64,000 nt of DNA from the NCBI GenBank assembly GCA_951812625.1, contig CATOSP010000002.1, positions 1,558,788-1,622,787 on the forward strand. The letters are read 5' to 3'. This document shows positions 38,759-47,566 of the stretch, piece by piece. The DNA comes from an uncultured Dehalococcoidia bacterium. GTDB taxonomy: Bacteria > Chloroflexota > Dehalococcoidia > Lucifugimonadales > UBA3495. The notes beneath the pieces were generated by a model that did no database searches, was not told the DNA's origin, and saw only the letters and a program-made list of their open reading frames with translations. The position numbers were made by a program, and so were the translations under genes. Position 1 is the stretch's first letter. Each line of letters begins with the position of its first letter.

Positions 38759-39940
38759 CTAGTCGTCGGCGCTGGCCGCCTTTTCCGGGATTTCCCCGCC
38801 AGTCCCATTGCCGTCGCGGAACGCGAAGCGGTCCACGAGGTCGCCGATGCTCTGGCGGAACCCGGAGTATTCCAGTTCGCCGTAGGGGAGCATCGCCGCG
38901 CCGGACCAACCCTGGGACCGCATGGCAATGCCCTTCTCCTGGGCTTGCTGGCGAACGTAATCCCACGCCGGGTTGTCGAAAAAGTCGGCGAAGGAATCAG
39001 AGAACTCGCCTCTGGAGTTTAGGGAGAACCCAATGCAGGACACCAGCGGAAGGCAGTACATCCCGGTTACGGCGGTGTTTATGGGCACCGGCATCAGCGG
39101 CATGACGTGAGAGCCGCGGGCGTCGCCGCCGATGTAGTGGGCCTTGGCGTAGGGAGAGATAAGCTCCTCAGGCGCTGGGAAGATTCCCTGGTTGCGCACC
39201 AGCGCCACCGGGTCGTCCTTGCCGGTATAGGAGCCGGCGATGTTATGCAAGCGCGTCGCGGACACCGCCGCCGCCACCTGCCCGGAGTACCTAGACACGA
39301 TGGAGTCGATGCCGAACCGCTCGTTGTCGCGCAGCAGCACCGTAATCTTGTAGTAATCCTCGGGAGCATTGAGGGATATGAGGCTGTCTCCATCCGTGTT
39401 GTCCATATCGATGACGTTGAACGTGAACCCCTCCCCGATTCGAGGTAGCATCAGCCCGGCGCAGTACATAGGGTCGGCGAAACCAAGAAACATGGGCAGG
39501 TTATACGCGCCGGGTCCGCACTTGTCTGCGGCCAACACCATGAAGGACTCGGCTGGGCGCATCGGGTTGGTCTTTACCGGATCGTGGTCCATCTCGATCT
39601 CGGCGACCGCAGGCCCTGCGCCACGGATGTTGCCGGATGGAGCGTCAACTAGGAGATCCTGTCCTGCACCATAAAGACCGTATTGGCTGGCGATGTCGGT
39701 GGCGTGCAAGAAAGCATTCCAGGCGAACTGGTGAACGTCCGTATTGTCCGGGCCGTTGGTGTGGGAGGCGATTATGCAGATGTCGTCGCCCGTATGCCCG
39801 ACGAAACTGTCAATCAGTAGCCCACGCCGCACCGCGTCAGCAGTGTCCGACTTCACCGCATCCATCATCCGCTCAGACGGCTTGGTATGGCCACCAATCG
39901 ATCCCACGTCGGCTTTCAGTATGGACAAGGTCAGTTTCAT
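38759..39940 (-). CDS. fbp: Fructose-1,6-bisphosphate aldolase/phosphatase (class V, archaeal-type bifunctional FBP A/P)
   Basis: MKLTLSILKADVGSIGGHTKP...GHTGDDI...YGLYGAGQDLL is highly characteristic of this family. Confidence 0.9.
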   Translation of the reverse strand: MKLTLSILKADVGSIGGHTKPSERMMDAVKSDTADAVRRGLLIDSFVGHTGDDICIIASHTNGPDNTDVHQFAWNAFLHATDIASQYGLYGAGQDLLVDAPSGNIRGAGPAVAEIEMDHDPVKTNPMRPAESFMVLAADKCGPGAYNLPMFLGFADPMYCAGLMLPRIGEGFTFNVIDMDNTDGDSLISLNAPEDYYKITVLLRDNERFGIDSIVSRYSGQVAAAVSATRLHNIAGSYTGKDDPVALVRNQGIFPAPEELISPYAKAHYIGGDARGSHVMPLMPVPINTAVTGMYCLPLVSCIGFSLNSRGEFSDSFADFFDNPAWDYVRQQAQEKGIAMRSQGWSGAAMLPYGELEYSGFRQSIGDLVDRFAFRDGNGTGGEIPEKAASADD

Positions 39941-40781
39941 GGTCCCTCCTCAGCAATGTCGCCCATTTTAGGGTGGTGGAACGCTCGAAACGTTATACGC
40001 TCCGGGCAGGGGAACAGGCACTTCCTGTCGGTTGAGCACGTACGAGGCTGTGAAATAGTGGCTAATTCTAACAACGGGCACTTTGGCCTGTCAATCCAAA
40101 ACGGTGCGACGCTTATCGTACTACTAGACGCAACGATTGCTGAAAATAAGTGGGTAGGTGTGGTTATGTGAACTTATATATCGATCATACGTCGCCAATG
40201 TAGCAATTATGGATTAACGCTCTCGAGCGAAGAACAGGCTGGTGTGGAAACGTGAAGCCTTGGTATGAGAGGCAGTCGGGCACATACGCGTTGGCAGAGG
40301 GGCCGAATAATGGTATGGGCATGTCCCACTTCTGGACATTTCGAGGCTGTCGCGTTTGTCTGTTGAGCCGGAGTGAGCCATTTTATGCCGGCGGACCTCG
40401 GTCTCCGTCCGAAGGTTGGAGCGGAACCGACTTGACCATAACCTTGGTAGCAAATTACTACCGAGGTTATGACGAGAGCAGTGTGGGTAGGTGGTGTACT
40501 ACTGTCTAGGACAAGAGCAAGGCCGATCCCTGTGTGGTAGAGTCTCTCCTTCACGAAAATTGATTATGGCCATGATGGGCCAGACAAGCGAACGAAATTA
40601 GCCACATCGGTCACAATGACGGCTGACGCCAGTAATGTAATCTCCTGAATTGCTACGCTGCCACTTCTCTGGAGTAATTGTCCGGCAAGGCTTAAAGTTG
40701 TATAGTCAGTCTTGGTTACCGGGCGCCAATAACCTGACAGGGCAAGCGGGGCTAGGACAAGACGATCTGCGAGAAGCGGAC

Positions 40782-41621
40782 ATGGCAGATTTCCTGATGT
40801 ACATATCGCTGGCCCTAGTCCTCACTTGGACTATCCAGATAGCCCGTGCCAAGCACCGGAGCCCATGGCTCTGGGGCGGAATAACCGCGGGTATCATGGT
40901 AACGATGGTCCTGATGGGCGAGAACGACCCTCGAATGCTGGTCTGCATGGTGCCGATGGTCATCCTGCTGTTCCTCAAGTCTCCCCAGGCCACCACCAGT
41001 CCGTCTCCTCAAGGGGTCACCTGTGGCCGCTGTGGGTCTCTACAACCCCACGGACGTTACTACTGCACCTCATGTGGTTGGGAGTTAAAGAGGGACTTTG
41101 CCGAAGGCCCCCCCTCGGCAGAAGAGAACCCGATATCCCCCCAACAACCCGCCGACGCCTCCGAACATCCATCGGGCGGTCCCGTACCCCATGAACCGGC
41201 ACCGGCCGCGACTCCCGTAGAAGAAGTCGCCCGTCAGTCTAGTGAGTCGGCAGATCACCCAGAACCGGAAGCCCACGCCGCAACACCTCAGTCCAAGGCT
41301 CCCACTACCTCACAGGCGTCAGACCCCGAACAAACTGCTAGTACCCCGAGCCAAGAACCGCAACCGGCTCCTACCTTACCGCGCTCAGTCCTCAAGCCCA
41401 TGAGCCGGGGCGTTCCCACTGCCGTGACGATGACGGAACGTGGCAAGGGACTCGTGGAAGACGGCCGTGTCCAGGAAGGGATCGACCAATTTACCAAGGC
41501 CTTGGCCCTGGACTCATCGTACACCCTTGCCTTGGAGGCTCGGGCTGCGGCCTACGAACATCTGGGCCGCCACGCCGAGGCTGAGCAGGACCGCCGCCAG
41601 CTTGACGGTGCCAGCGCGTAA
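40782..41621 (+). CDS. Membrane-anchored zinc-ribbon / TPR-containing protein, function unknown
   Basis: Two N-terminal TM helices, a CGRCG...CTSCG zinc ribbon, a long P/E/A/T/S-rich low-complexity linker and a C-terminal TPR-like segment. Met 40782 is the likely start. Confidence 0.55.
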   Translation: MADFLMYISLALVLTWTIQIARAKHRSPWLWGGITAGIMVTMVLMGENDPRMLVCMVPMVILLFLKSPQATTSPSPQGVTCGRCGSLQPHGRYYCTSCGWELKRDFAEGPPSAEENPISPQQPADASEHPSGGPVPHEPAPAATPVEEVARQSSESADHPEPEAHAATPQSKAPTTSQASDPEQTASTPSQEPQPAPTLPRSVLKPMSRGVPTAVTMTERGKGLVEDGRVQEGIDQFTKALALDSSYTLALEARAAAYEHLGRHAEAEQDRRQLDGASA

Positions 41622-42064
41622 CTCCCTCACTGAGCAAACTCCCATCCCACCTCGACATAAGAGAATCCCCAGCCCCGTACTCCCTCCCGCACCGCACCCC
41701 GCTATCCCAGCCTTCTCGGGAATCCACACCTGCCGCGGCCAAAGGAGCACTACCTTGTCGAGACCCCAACAATGTAACCGTCCGCGTTCCAGTTCAGATA
41801 GTGCAGCCCGCCATTGTTGGCTGGTGAATCCCCTCCAAACAATATGGAGGACCGACTCACCCCGAAAGCGGGGGCGCCAGTGGCAGTTGGCACGGGCAAA
41901 TATTCAATCTTCTGGTCATTTCCGGAGGTTTTCACGCATTCCAGCGAATTGGCCAGATTGCTTATTGATGGAACCGGCGAACAGCAGCCCGCCCTTCCAA
42001 TTCGTTCAATCCCGACAACGAATCAGGAGTGTTCTGATGCGTGGAGTAGAACCGAGATCCCACG

Positions 42065-42637
42065 ATGATAGGCTTACCTGACAGTATCTTGGGGTGGGTA
42101 CAGGTCATTGTGGTCCCTTTGGGCGTTGCCGTGAATGGCATCATTGCCTTTGTAGCTGTACGTGCCATCTGGCCAAAACGACAGAAATTGGCAGCCTACC
42201 TTATCCACGAGGTTGAAAGGACATCCAACACCAGTGTCCTGCACAAGCGGTCTATTGAATTGAAAAATCTCGGGCCCCGAGATGTCGTAGAAGTAAAGGA
42301 TAGTGAAATCCCTGACAACCAGTGGCTAGGCGGATTTGCAGATGTCCTTTACCCGACCATTCACCAGCGATCGACGATCAACTACTGGGAGGAATTTTAT
42401 ATTCCAGTGGATGGGGAGGCTCGAATTCACCTGGCTGTCCCGTGGACAGCCAGCACACTGCAAAAGGAAACCGAACCCTCGGGCGACGAATTAATGGAGA
42501 CTCTGACGATCGAATACAAGCCTCTGCGTGGCAACCCTAGGCGAGCAAATGTCCCGCTGTCTTTTCTACGCTGTACAAATTCTGGATCAGCAGCCCGTGT
42601 ATCTGGCTCTCCTACACCCTTACTGCAATCGTGCTAG
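42065..42637 (+). CDS. Hypothetical protein with N-terminal TM helix
   Basis: 190-aa ORF. Third-position GC is lower than in its neighbours. I recognise no motif. Confidence 0.4.
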   Translation: MIGLPDSILGWVQVIVVPLGVAVNGIIAFVAVRAIWPKRQKLAAYLIHEVERTSNTSVLHKRSIELKNLGPRDVVEVKDSEIPDNQWLGGFADVLYPTIHQRSTINYWEEFYIPVDGEARIHLAVPWTASTLQKETEPSGDELMETLTIEYKPLRGNPRRANVPLSFLRCTNSGSAARVSGSPTPLLQSC

Positions 42638-42709
42638 GGAGGAGCCACCACATGACCCACCGACCTACCAAATGAAGCAGGAATTCCGTCAGATCGTCCG
42701 CCTGCATGG

Positions 42710-43483
42710 TTACACGGCCATGATGTGATAACCTGCGTCCACCGGGATTACCGAACCAGTGATTCCGGAGGAGAGCCCGCTGCACAAGAACAGGGCTGTC
42801 GTGGCCACCTCGTCGACCGTGATGTTACGCTTGAGGGGCGCGGTTTCGGCATGTAAGCGCTTCATGTCGCGGAAGCCGTCAATGCCCCGGGCGGCCAGGG
42901 TCTCCAACGGGCCTGCCGAGATGGCGTTGACACGCACCCCTTGAGGTCCGAATTCCGAGGCCAGTTGACGGACGCTGTGCTCCAGCGCGGCCTTGGCAGT
43001 GCCCATGACGTTGTATCCGGGGTACACCCGTTGGGACGCATGGAAGGTCAGAGTGACGACGCTACCACCATCTGGCATCAGGTCGGCGGCGTGGCGGACC
43101 AGCGGAATCAGGGAGTACGCGCTGACTTCCAGAGCGATCTGAAAGCCCTCACGGGACGTGTCGGCGAACCGCCCGGTCAGGTCCTCTCGCTGGGCGAAGG
43201 CGATGCTGTGAACCAGGAATGAAATCCCACCGAAAGTGTCCCCAACTTGCGAGAATACATCGGCAATCTGGGAGTCGTCAGTGGCGTCGCAGGGGAGAGA
43301 AATCGCGTCGTCAAGGGTATCAGCTAGCCGCGTGACTCGGCCCTTCACCCGGTCGTTCTGGTAGGTCAGGGCCAGCCGCGCCCCGGCCTCACCCAGCATT
43401 TGTGCGATGCCCCAGGCGATGCTGCGGTCGTTGGCCACTCCAAAAATTATCCCCTTCTTGCCGGTCAGGTCGATCGGATACAA
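42710..43483 (-). CDS. fabI: Enoyl-[acyl-carrier-protein] reductase (NADH)
   Basis: GKKGIIFGVANDRSIAWGIA, YNVMGTAKAALE (Tyr-x6-Lys) and VNAISAGP. Confidence 0.9.
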   Translation of the reverse strand: MYPIDLTGKKGIIFGVANDRSIAWGIAQMLGEAGARLALTYQNDRVKGRVTRLADTLDDAISLPCDATDDSQIADVFSQVGDTFGGISFLVHSIAFAQREDLTGRFADTSREGFQIALEVSAYSLIPLVRHAADLMPDGGSVVTLTFHASQRVYPGYNVMGTAKAALEHSVRQLASEFGPQGVRVNAISAGPLETLAARGIDGFRDMKRLHAETAPLKRNITVDEVATTALFLCSGLSSGITGSVIPVDAGYHIMAV

Positions 43484-43528
43484 GCGGGTCCTCCGTTACT
43501 GGCGGTCAATAGGCAGTGGCCGACCGAG

Positions 43529-44545
43529 TTACTTGAAGGCGGGGGCGACCCTTTCCATGAACGCCTCGAACTGCCTCTCTGGTTCAAAGGACGCGAATCG
43601 CACCACCAGGGTCTCCGCACCAGCCGCAACGTACTCGGCCATGCGCTCCCGGACCCGCTCCGCTCCGCCGAAGGGACCCCAGCGGGTGCCCCAGATGTTC
43701 GCGCCGTAGTAGCGGGTGAGCCAGTCCTCCGCCTCTGCCTGGGCCTTGCTCAGGTTTTCATCCATGTTGACTGTAAGGTAGAACACTGCTTCCAAAGCCG
43801 TAGGGTCTCTCCCCCGCTCTGCGGCGATAGCGCGGACCCGTTCCACCACATGCGCGTACTCGTCAGGCGTGTCGGAGATCGACATAACGCCGTCGCCCAG
43901 GCGAGCGGCACGGCGGAACTGGGTCTCCCTGGCGTCGGCGCGCCAGTGGCATGCCAGAAGGACAGGAACCCCACCAGGCTGGACGGGCCGGGGTTCCACG
44001 ACCACGTCGTTTAATTGGAAGTGCTCCCCGGAATACGTGACCGTGTCCCCTGCGCCCAGCGCCTTTACGATTTCTACCAGTTCCACCAAGCGCCGTGCCC
44101 GGAGCGAAGGGTCCACACCCGCAGCAGCCCATTCTCCACGCTGCTCCGAATTGAATGCGCCTCCTGCCCCAGCGGCGACAACCAGCCTCCCGCGGGATAT
44201 AACATCAACAGTCGCCATCGTCTGGGCCAACAGCACGGGATGGCGCAGGGCGGGTAACATTACCGCCGTGCCCAACCGGACCCTCTCGGTGGACGCCGCT
44301 ATAGCCGCAAGCGCGGCCATGGGTTCCAATCTTGGTTTAGCGGTGAGGCTGTCGCCAACCCAGACAGACTCCAGACCTGCATGTTCCGCTTGGCGCGCCA
44401 GCCTGAGAATGAGATCAGCACTGGTGGGAGGTTCATCGCGCAGCAGCAGGCCCCGCGTCGGCAGAAGGATGCCTATGTTCACCGGCTTGGTTGCCACGGC
44501 TACCTCGATAGTGATCAGGATCTGGCAGTTATCGCCTGGAGTCAA
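43529..44545 (-). CDS. LLM-class F420-dependent oxidoreductase
   Basis: VNIGILLPTRG..., AEHAGLESVWVGDS and LVVAAGAGG. TTG start 13 nt after the cofC stop. Confidence 0.8.
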   Translation of the reverse strand: MTPGDNCQILITIEVAVATKPVNIGILLPTRGLLLRDEPPTSADLILRLARQAEHAGLESVWVGDSLTAKPRLEPMAALAAIAASTERVRLGTAVMLPALRHPVLLAQTMATVDVISRGRLVVAAGAGGAFNSEQRGEWAAAGVDPSLRARRLVELVEIVKALGAGDTVTYSGEHFQLNDVVVEPRPVQPGGVPVLLACHWRADARETQFRRAARLGDGVMSISDTPDEYAHVVERVRAIAAERGRDPTALEAVFYLTVNMDENLSKAQAEAEDWLTRYYGANIWGTRWGPFGGAERVRERMAEYVAAGAETLVVRFASFEPERQFEAFMERVAPAFK

Positions 44546-44558
44546 TCGCCTCGGTTGG

Positions 44559-45224
44559 TCAGGACGGGACCTCTATGGGACCACCTGACCGCCCGCTCTC
44601 GGACAGCATTTGTTCCAAAAAGTTCGGTTCCGTCCGTTGCGCAGTGTCCAGGTCGTCGGGAACGTCCAAGTCTAATCCCAGTCCCGGGCTGTGGCAGATG
44701 GCGACAGACACTTCCAGTTCCGCGGCCCTGGCCAAGTGACGGGTGAAACTCTGAGGGCCCAGTTCCGGGCGGAATGGAATCCCACGGGGGACAAGAATAG
44801 CGTTCGTTCCTCCGTCCCGGCGGGCGGGTGCCAAGGTGATGTTGTTCTGGCGGCGGGACGCGTCAAGGACACTATGAACGTCGGCTGCTCTCAGGAACGG
44901 CAGATCGCCGGGCAGGTACAATGCGCCACGGTGCAGGTTAAATGCGAGGTCGAAGGCTCTGGACAGGGTCTCATTCAGGTCGCCACCCAGTTCCTCCATC
45001 CAGTGCCCCCCGCCAGCCTCTGCTTCCTCGCGGACCCTCTGGTCGCCGCCCACCACCCAGATTGGATCTACACCGGCACCCAGGATAGCCTCCAATACTC
45101 GGCGCAGCATCCCGATGGTCAGCTCGCCCCGCTGTCCGGGCGTCAGCCGGTCTGACAGCCGGGTCTTGCTGTCAGGCAATGGTTTCATGGGAACGATTGC
45201 GATTGCGCCGCTCGCCTGCTGCAA
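44559..45224 (-). CDS. cofC: 2-phospho-L-lactate / phosphoenolpyruvate guanylyltransferase (CofC/FbiD)
   Basis: AIVPMKPLPDSKTRL, VVGGD, LPGDLP and GGTNA. Confidence 0.8.
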   Translation of the reverse strand: MQQASGAIAIVPMKPLPDSKTRLSDRLTPGQRGELTIGMLRRVLEAILGAGVDPIWVVGGDQRVREEAEAGGGHWMEELGGDLNETLSRAFDLAFNLHRGALYLPGDLPFLRAADVHSVLDASRRQNNITLAPARRDGGTNAILVPRGIPFRPELGPQSFTRHLARAAELEVSVAICHSPGLGLDLDVPDDLDTAQRTEPNFLEQMLSESGRSGGPIEVPS

Positions 45225-45232
45225 TGTCTTAT

Positions 45233-46168
45233 TTACCCATTCGCCAAGGCGAGAATGTGGCGGGCAAGCCCGACCTTGTCGTCGTCATCGTTCATTATGA
45301 TGGACGCGACCTCCGCTTGGATTCCGATTCCTTCGATCATTGGCGCGTGGGCGGCATCTTCGTGGTCGATCAGGAAAATGTCCAGCATCTCTTCGTATTG
45401 CCGCGCCACGGCTGTACAGGATACCGCCTCCCCCAATTCCGCCATCATCTTCCCTGCCGGCCCGCGAAGCGCCGCACCTCCAACGATGGGGCTGACGCCA
45501 ACACGGATACCCCCAAAGCCCTTCATAAGGACGCGCAAGCCCGGGACTGCCAGTATCGGACCCAAGCTCAGGAACGGGTTGGACGGGCAGAAAATAACCA
45601 TCTCCGCATATTCCAGCGCTTCCAGCAGCCCCCGCGACGGGGAAGCAGAGTCTGCCCCCACGTAATTGACGGCGTTCACCTTCGGTTCGCTCTGCCAGCG
45701 GACGAAGTAGTCCTGCATGGCCAATTCACCGGAATCGGTGCTCAACGTCGTGCGCACACGATCATCGGTCATCGGAACTACTCGGTGCATGACACCCAGT
45801 TTGCGGCACAGTTCCTCAGTGGCCTCGGATAATGTGGCTCCTTCCCGGAGCAGACGGGTGCGGGTGATGTGAGTTGCCAGGTCATTGTCTCCCAGGTTGA
45901 ACCACGTCTCCGCCCCGTACTTCCCCAGCATGGAGAGAGCGTTGAATGTCTCGCCAGCCAGACCCCATCCAGTCTCAGGGTTAGCCAGCCCGGCGAGAGT
46001 GTACATCACCGTATCCAAGTCGGGAGAGACATGCAGGCCATGGAACTCTTCGTCATCCCCGGTATTGACTACGACTGTCAGCCGCTCCGGAGGCAAAATC
46101 CGGGACAGGCCCAAGACCAACTTCGCACCGCCCACTCCGCCCGCAAGGGCCAGCACATGTCCGTCCAT
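45233..46168 (-). CDS. cofD: 2-phospho-L-lactate transferase (CofD/FbiA)
   Basis: VLALAGGVGGAKL, VVNTGDD, WFNLGD and CPSNPFLSLGPIL. Confidence 0.9.
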   Translation of the reverse strand: MDGHVLALAGGVGGAKLVLGLSRILPPERLTVVVNTGDDEEFHGLHVSPDLDTVMYTLAGLANPETGWGLAGETFNALSMLGKYGAETWFNLGDNDLATHITRTRLLREGATLSEATEELCRKLGVMHRVVPMTDDRVRTTLSTDSGELAMQDYFVRWQSEPKVNAVNYVGADSASPSRGLLEALEYAEMVIFCPSNPFLSLGPILAVPGLRVLMKGFGGIRVGVSPIVGGAALRGPAGKMMAELGEAVSCTAVARQYEEMLDIFLIDHEDAAHAPMIEGIGIQAEVASIIMNDDDDKVGLARHILALANG

Positions 46169-46180
46169 ACCGGCCGCGGT

Positions 46181-47566
46181 CTAACAGGGGTCGGAGTCGG
46201 CTGCCACGCCGGAGGATGCGGCCGATGTTGCCGCTCCTTGGCCTACCCGGTTGGGATGCTCAAACCTGTAGGTATCCAGCTTCACCAGCCTGTGGTAGGA
46301 ACCGAACAACTCTTCAACGTTGTCTCCGATCACGTCCAATGGGTCCAGTTCTTCGTCATTGTCGCTGAAGACCCGTTTCGTTCCGTAGGTAGTATAGCGT
46401 TCGGCAGGGATACGTCCTGCCTGCCGGATCATCTCACGGAACTCTGCCGGACGCATCAACTGGCCGTGCTGCGCCCCGGCAGCGGTGGAAATGCTCTCGT
46501 TGATGAGGGTGCCGCCCAGGTCGTTCACCCCTGCCGTCAGCAGGATCTGAGACATCCGAGAGCCTTCCTTAACCCAGGATGCCTGCACGTTGGGAATCCA
46601 GTTGTTCAGCATGATCCGTGCGATGGCGTGAACCTTGACAACATCCATCCCGGTTGGGCCGGAGCGGACGTTGCTGACCAGGCCTTTCATGAACATTGGC
46701 GCTTCGGTATGCACAAAGCTCAAGGGCACGAATTCGGTGATACCGCCCGTCTGTTTTTGGATGTCCCGCAGCAAATCAATATGGCGAGCGATGTGCTCGT
46801 TGGTTTCCCGATGCCCGAACATGACCGTGGAGGTGGTGGGAATTCCCAACTCGTGGGCGGTGGTAATCACCTCGACCCACTGATCAACGCGGATCCGGCC
46901 TGGAGAGATTATGTCCCTCAACTCCTGATCGAGAATCTCTGCGGATGTGCCCGGAAGGCTGCCCACACCCGCAGCCTTCAACCCCTCAAGGTACTCCCGT
47001 ATGCTGCACCGGGAACGGACAGAGCCGTACAGTACCTCTTCGGGAGAAAACCCGTGGATGTGCATGTCCGGCAGTTCTTCCTTGATGGCCTCACAGAGCT
47101 TGATGTACAGGTTTCCCTCCATCTGGGGAGGCAACCCAGCCTGGATGCATACCTCAGTTGCACCGTAGTCCCAGGCTTCCCTAGCCCGGCGGATGACCTC
47201 ATTGACGGGCAACAGGTAGCCCTCTTCCTCGCGGAAGTCACGGCTGAAGGCGCAGAAGCCGCACCGCTTGATGCATACGTTGGTGAAGTTGATGTTCCGG
47301 TTCACGACGTAGGTAACGACGTCGCCAACGGCACGGCGGCGAAGTTCGTCCGCCACCAACGTCATGGCGCTGTACTCAAGACCGGCGGTCTCGAAAAGCA
47401 CGACGGCCTCATCGACGGATATGTCCTCGCCGGACAGCGCACGATCCAGGATTCTGCCCACCGCAGGGTCCAGACGACCTATCTGGGTATCGATGCTCGG
47501 AGCATCTGGTCTATTGCTATTCGTTCCCGGCATATCGTTGGACCCCTCCTCTAACGTAACCCTCAT
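46181..47566 (-). CDS. cofH: FO synthase subunit 2 (radical SAM, CofH; equals the FbiC C-terminal half)
   Basis: NRNINFTNVCIKRCGFCAF radical SAM motif. Met 47533 is an alternative start. Confidence 0.9.
   Translation of the reverse strand: MRVTLEEGSNDMPGTNSNRPDAPSIDTQIGRLDPAVGRILDRALSGEDISVDEAVVLFETAGLEYSAMTLVADELRRRAVGDVVTYVVNRNINFTNVCIKRCGFCAFSRDFREEEGYLLPVNEVIRRAREAWDYGATEVCIQAGLPPQMEGNLYIKLCEAIKEELPDMHIHGFSPEEVLYGSVRSRCSIREYLEGLKAAGVGSLPGTSAEILDQELRDIISPGRIRVDQWVEVITTAHELGIPTTSTVMFGHRETNEHIARHIDLLRDIQKQTGGITEFVPLSFVHTEAPMFMKGLVSNVRSGPTGMDVVKVHAIARIMLNNWIPNVQASWVKEGSRMSQILLTAGVNDLGGTLINESISTAAGAQHGQLMRPAEFREMIRQAGRIPAERYTTYGTKRVFSDNDEELDPLDVIGDNVEELFGSYHRLVKLDTYRFEHPNRVGQGAATSAASSGVAADSDPC

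Noticed and set aside
40267-40281. GAGAGGCAGTCGGGC, reminiscent of the RNase P RNA P4 motif GAGGAAAGTCCGGGC
   Set aside because: The match is only partial. None of the other conserved RNase P blocks follow, such as the GGTAACGCC region, the AAGGGTGAAA region or the 3-prime ACAGAACCCGGCTTA.
41750-42168. Two short minus-strand ORFs (68 and 61 aa) in different frames, possibly one frameshifted gene
   Set aside because: I recognise no motif. The upstream ORF overlaps the start of the plus-strand gene at 42065. I kept it only as a note within the low-GC islet finding and did not call a pseudogene.
43400-44588. 204-aa and 239-aa plus-strand ORFs
   Set aside because: They are antisense to fabI, the LLM oxidoreductase and cofC. 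No motifs were found. They are shadow ORFs.
45869-47554. 561-aa plus-strand ORF, the longest unassigned ORF in the track
   Set aside because: It lies entirely antisense to cofD and cofH, which have unmistakable motifs. Its product is low-complexity and Arg/Gly/Pro/His-rich, typical of shadow ORFs in high-GC DNA.
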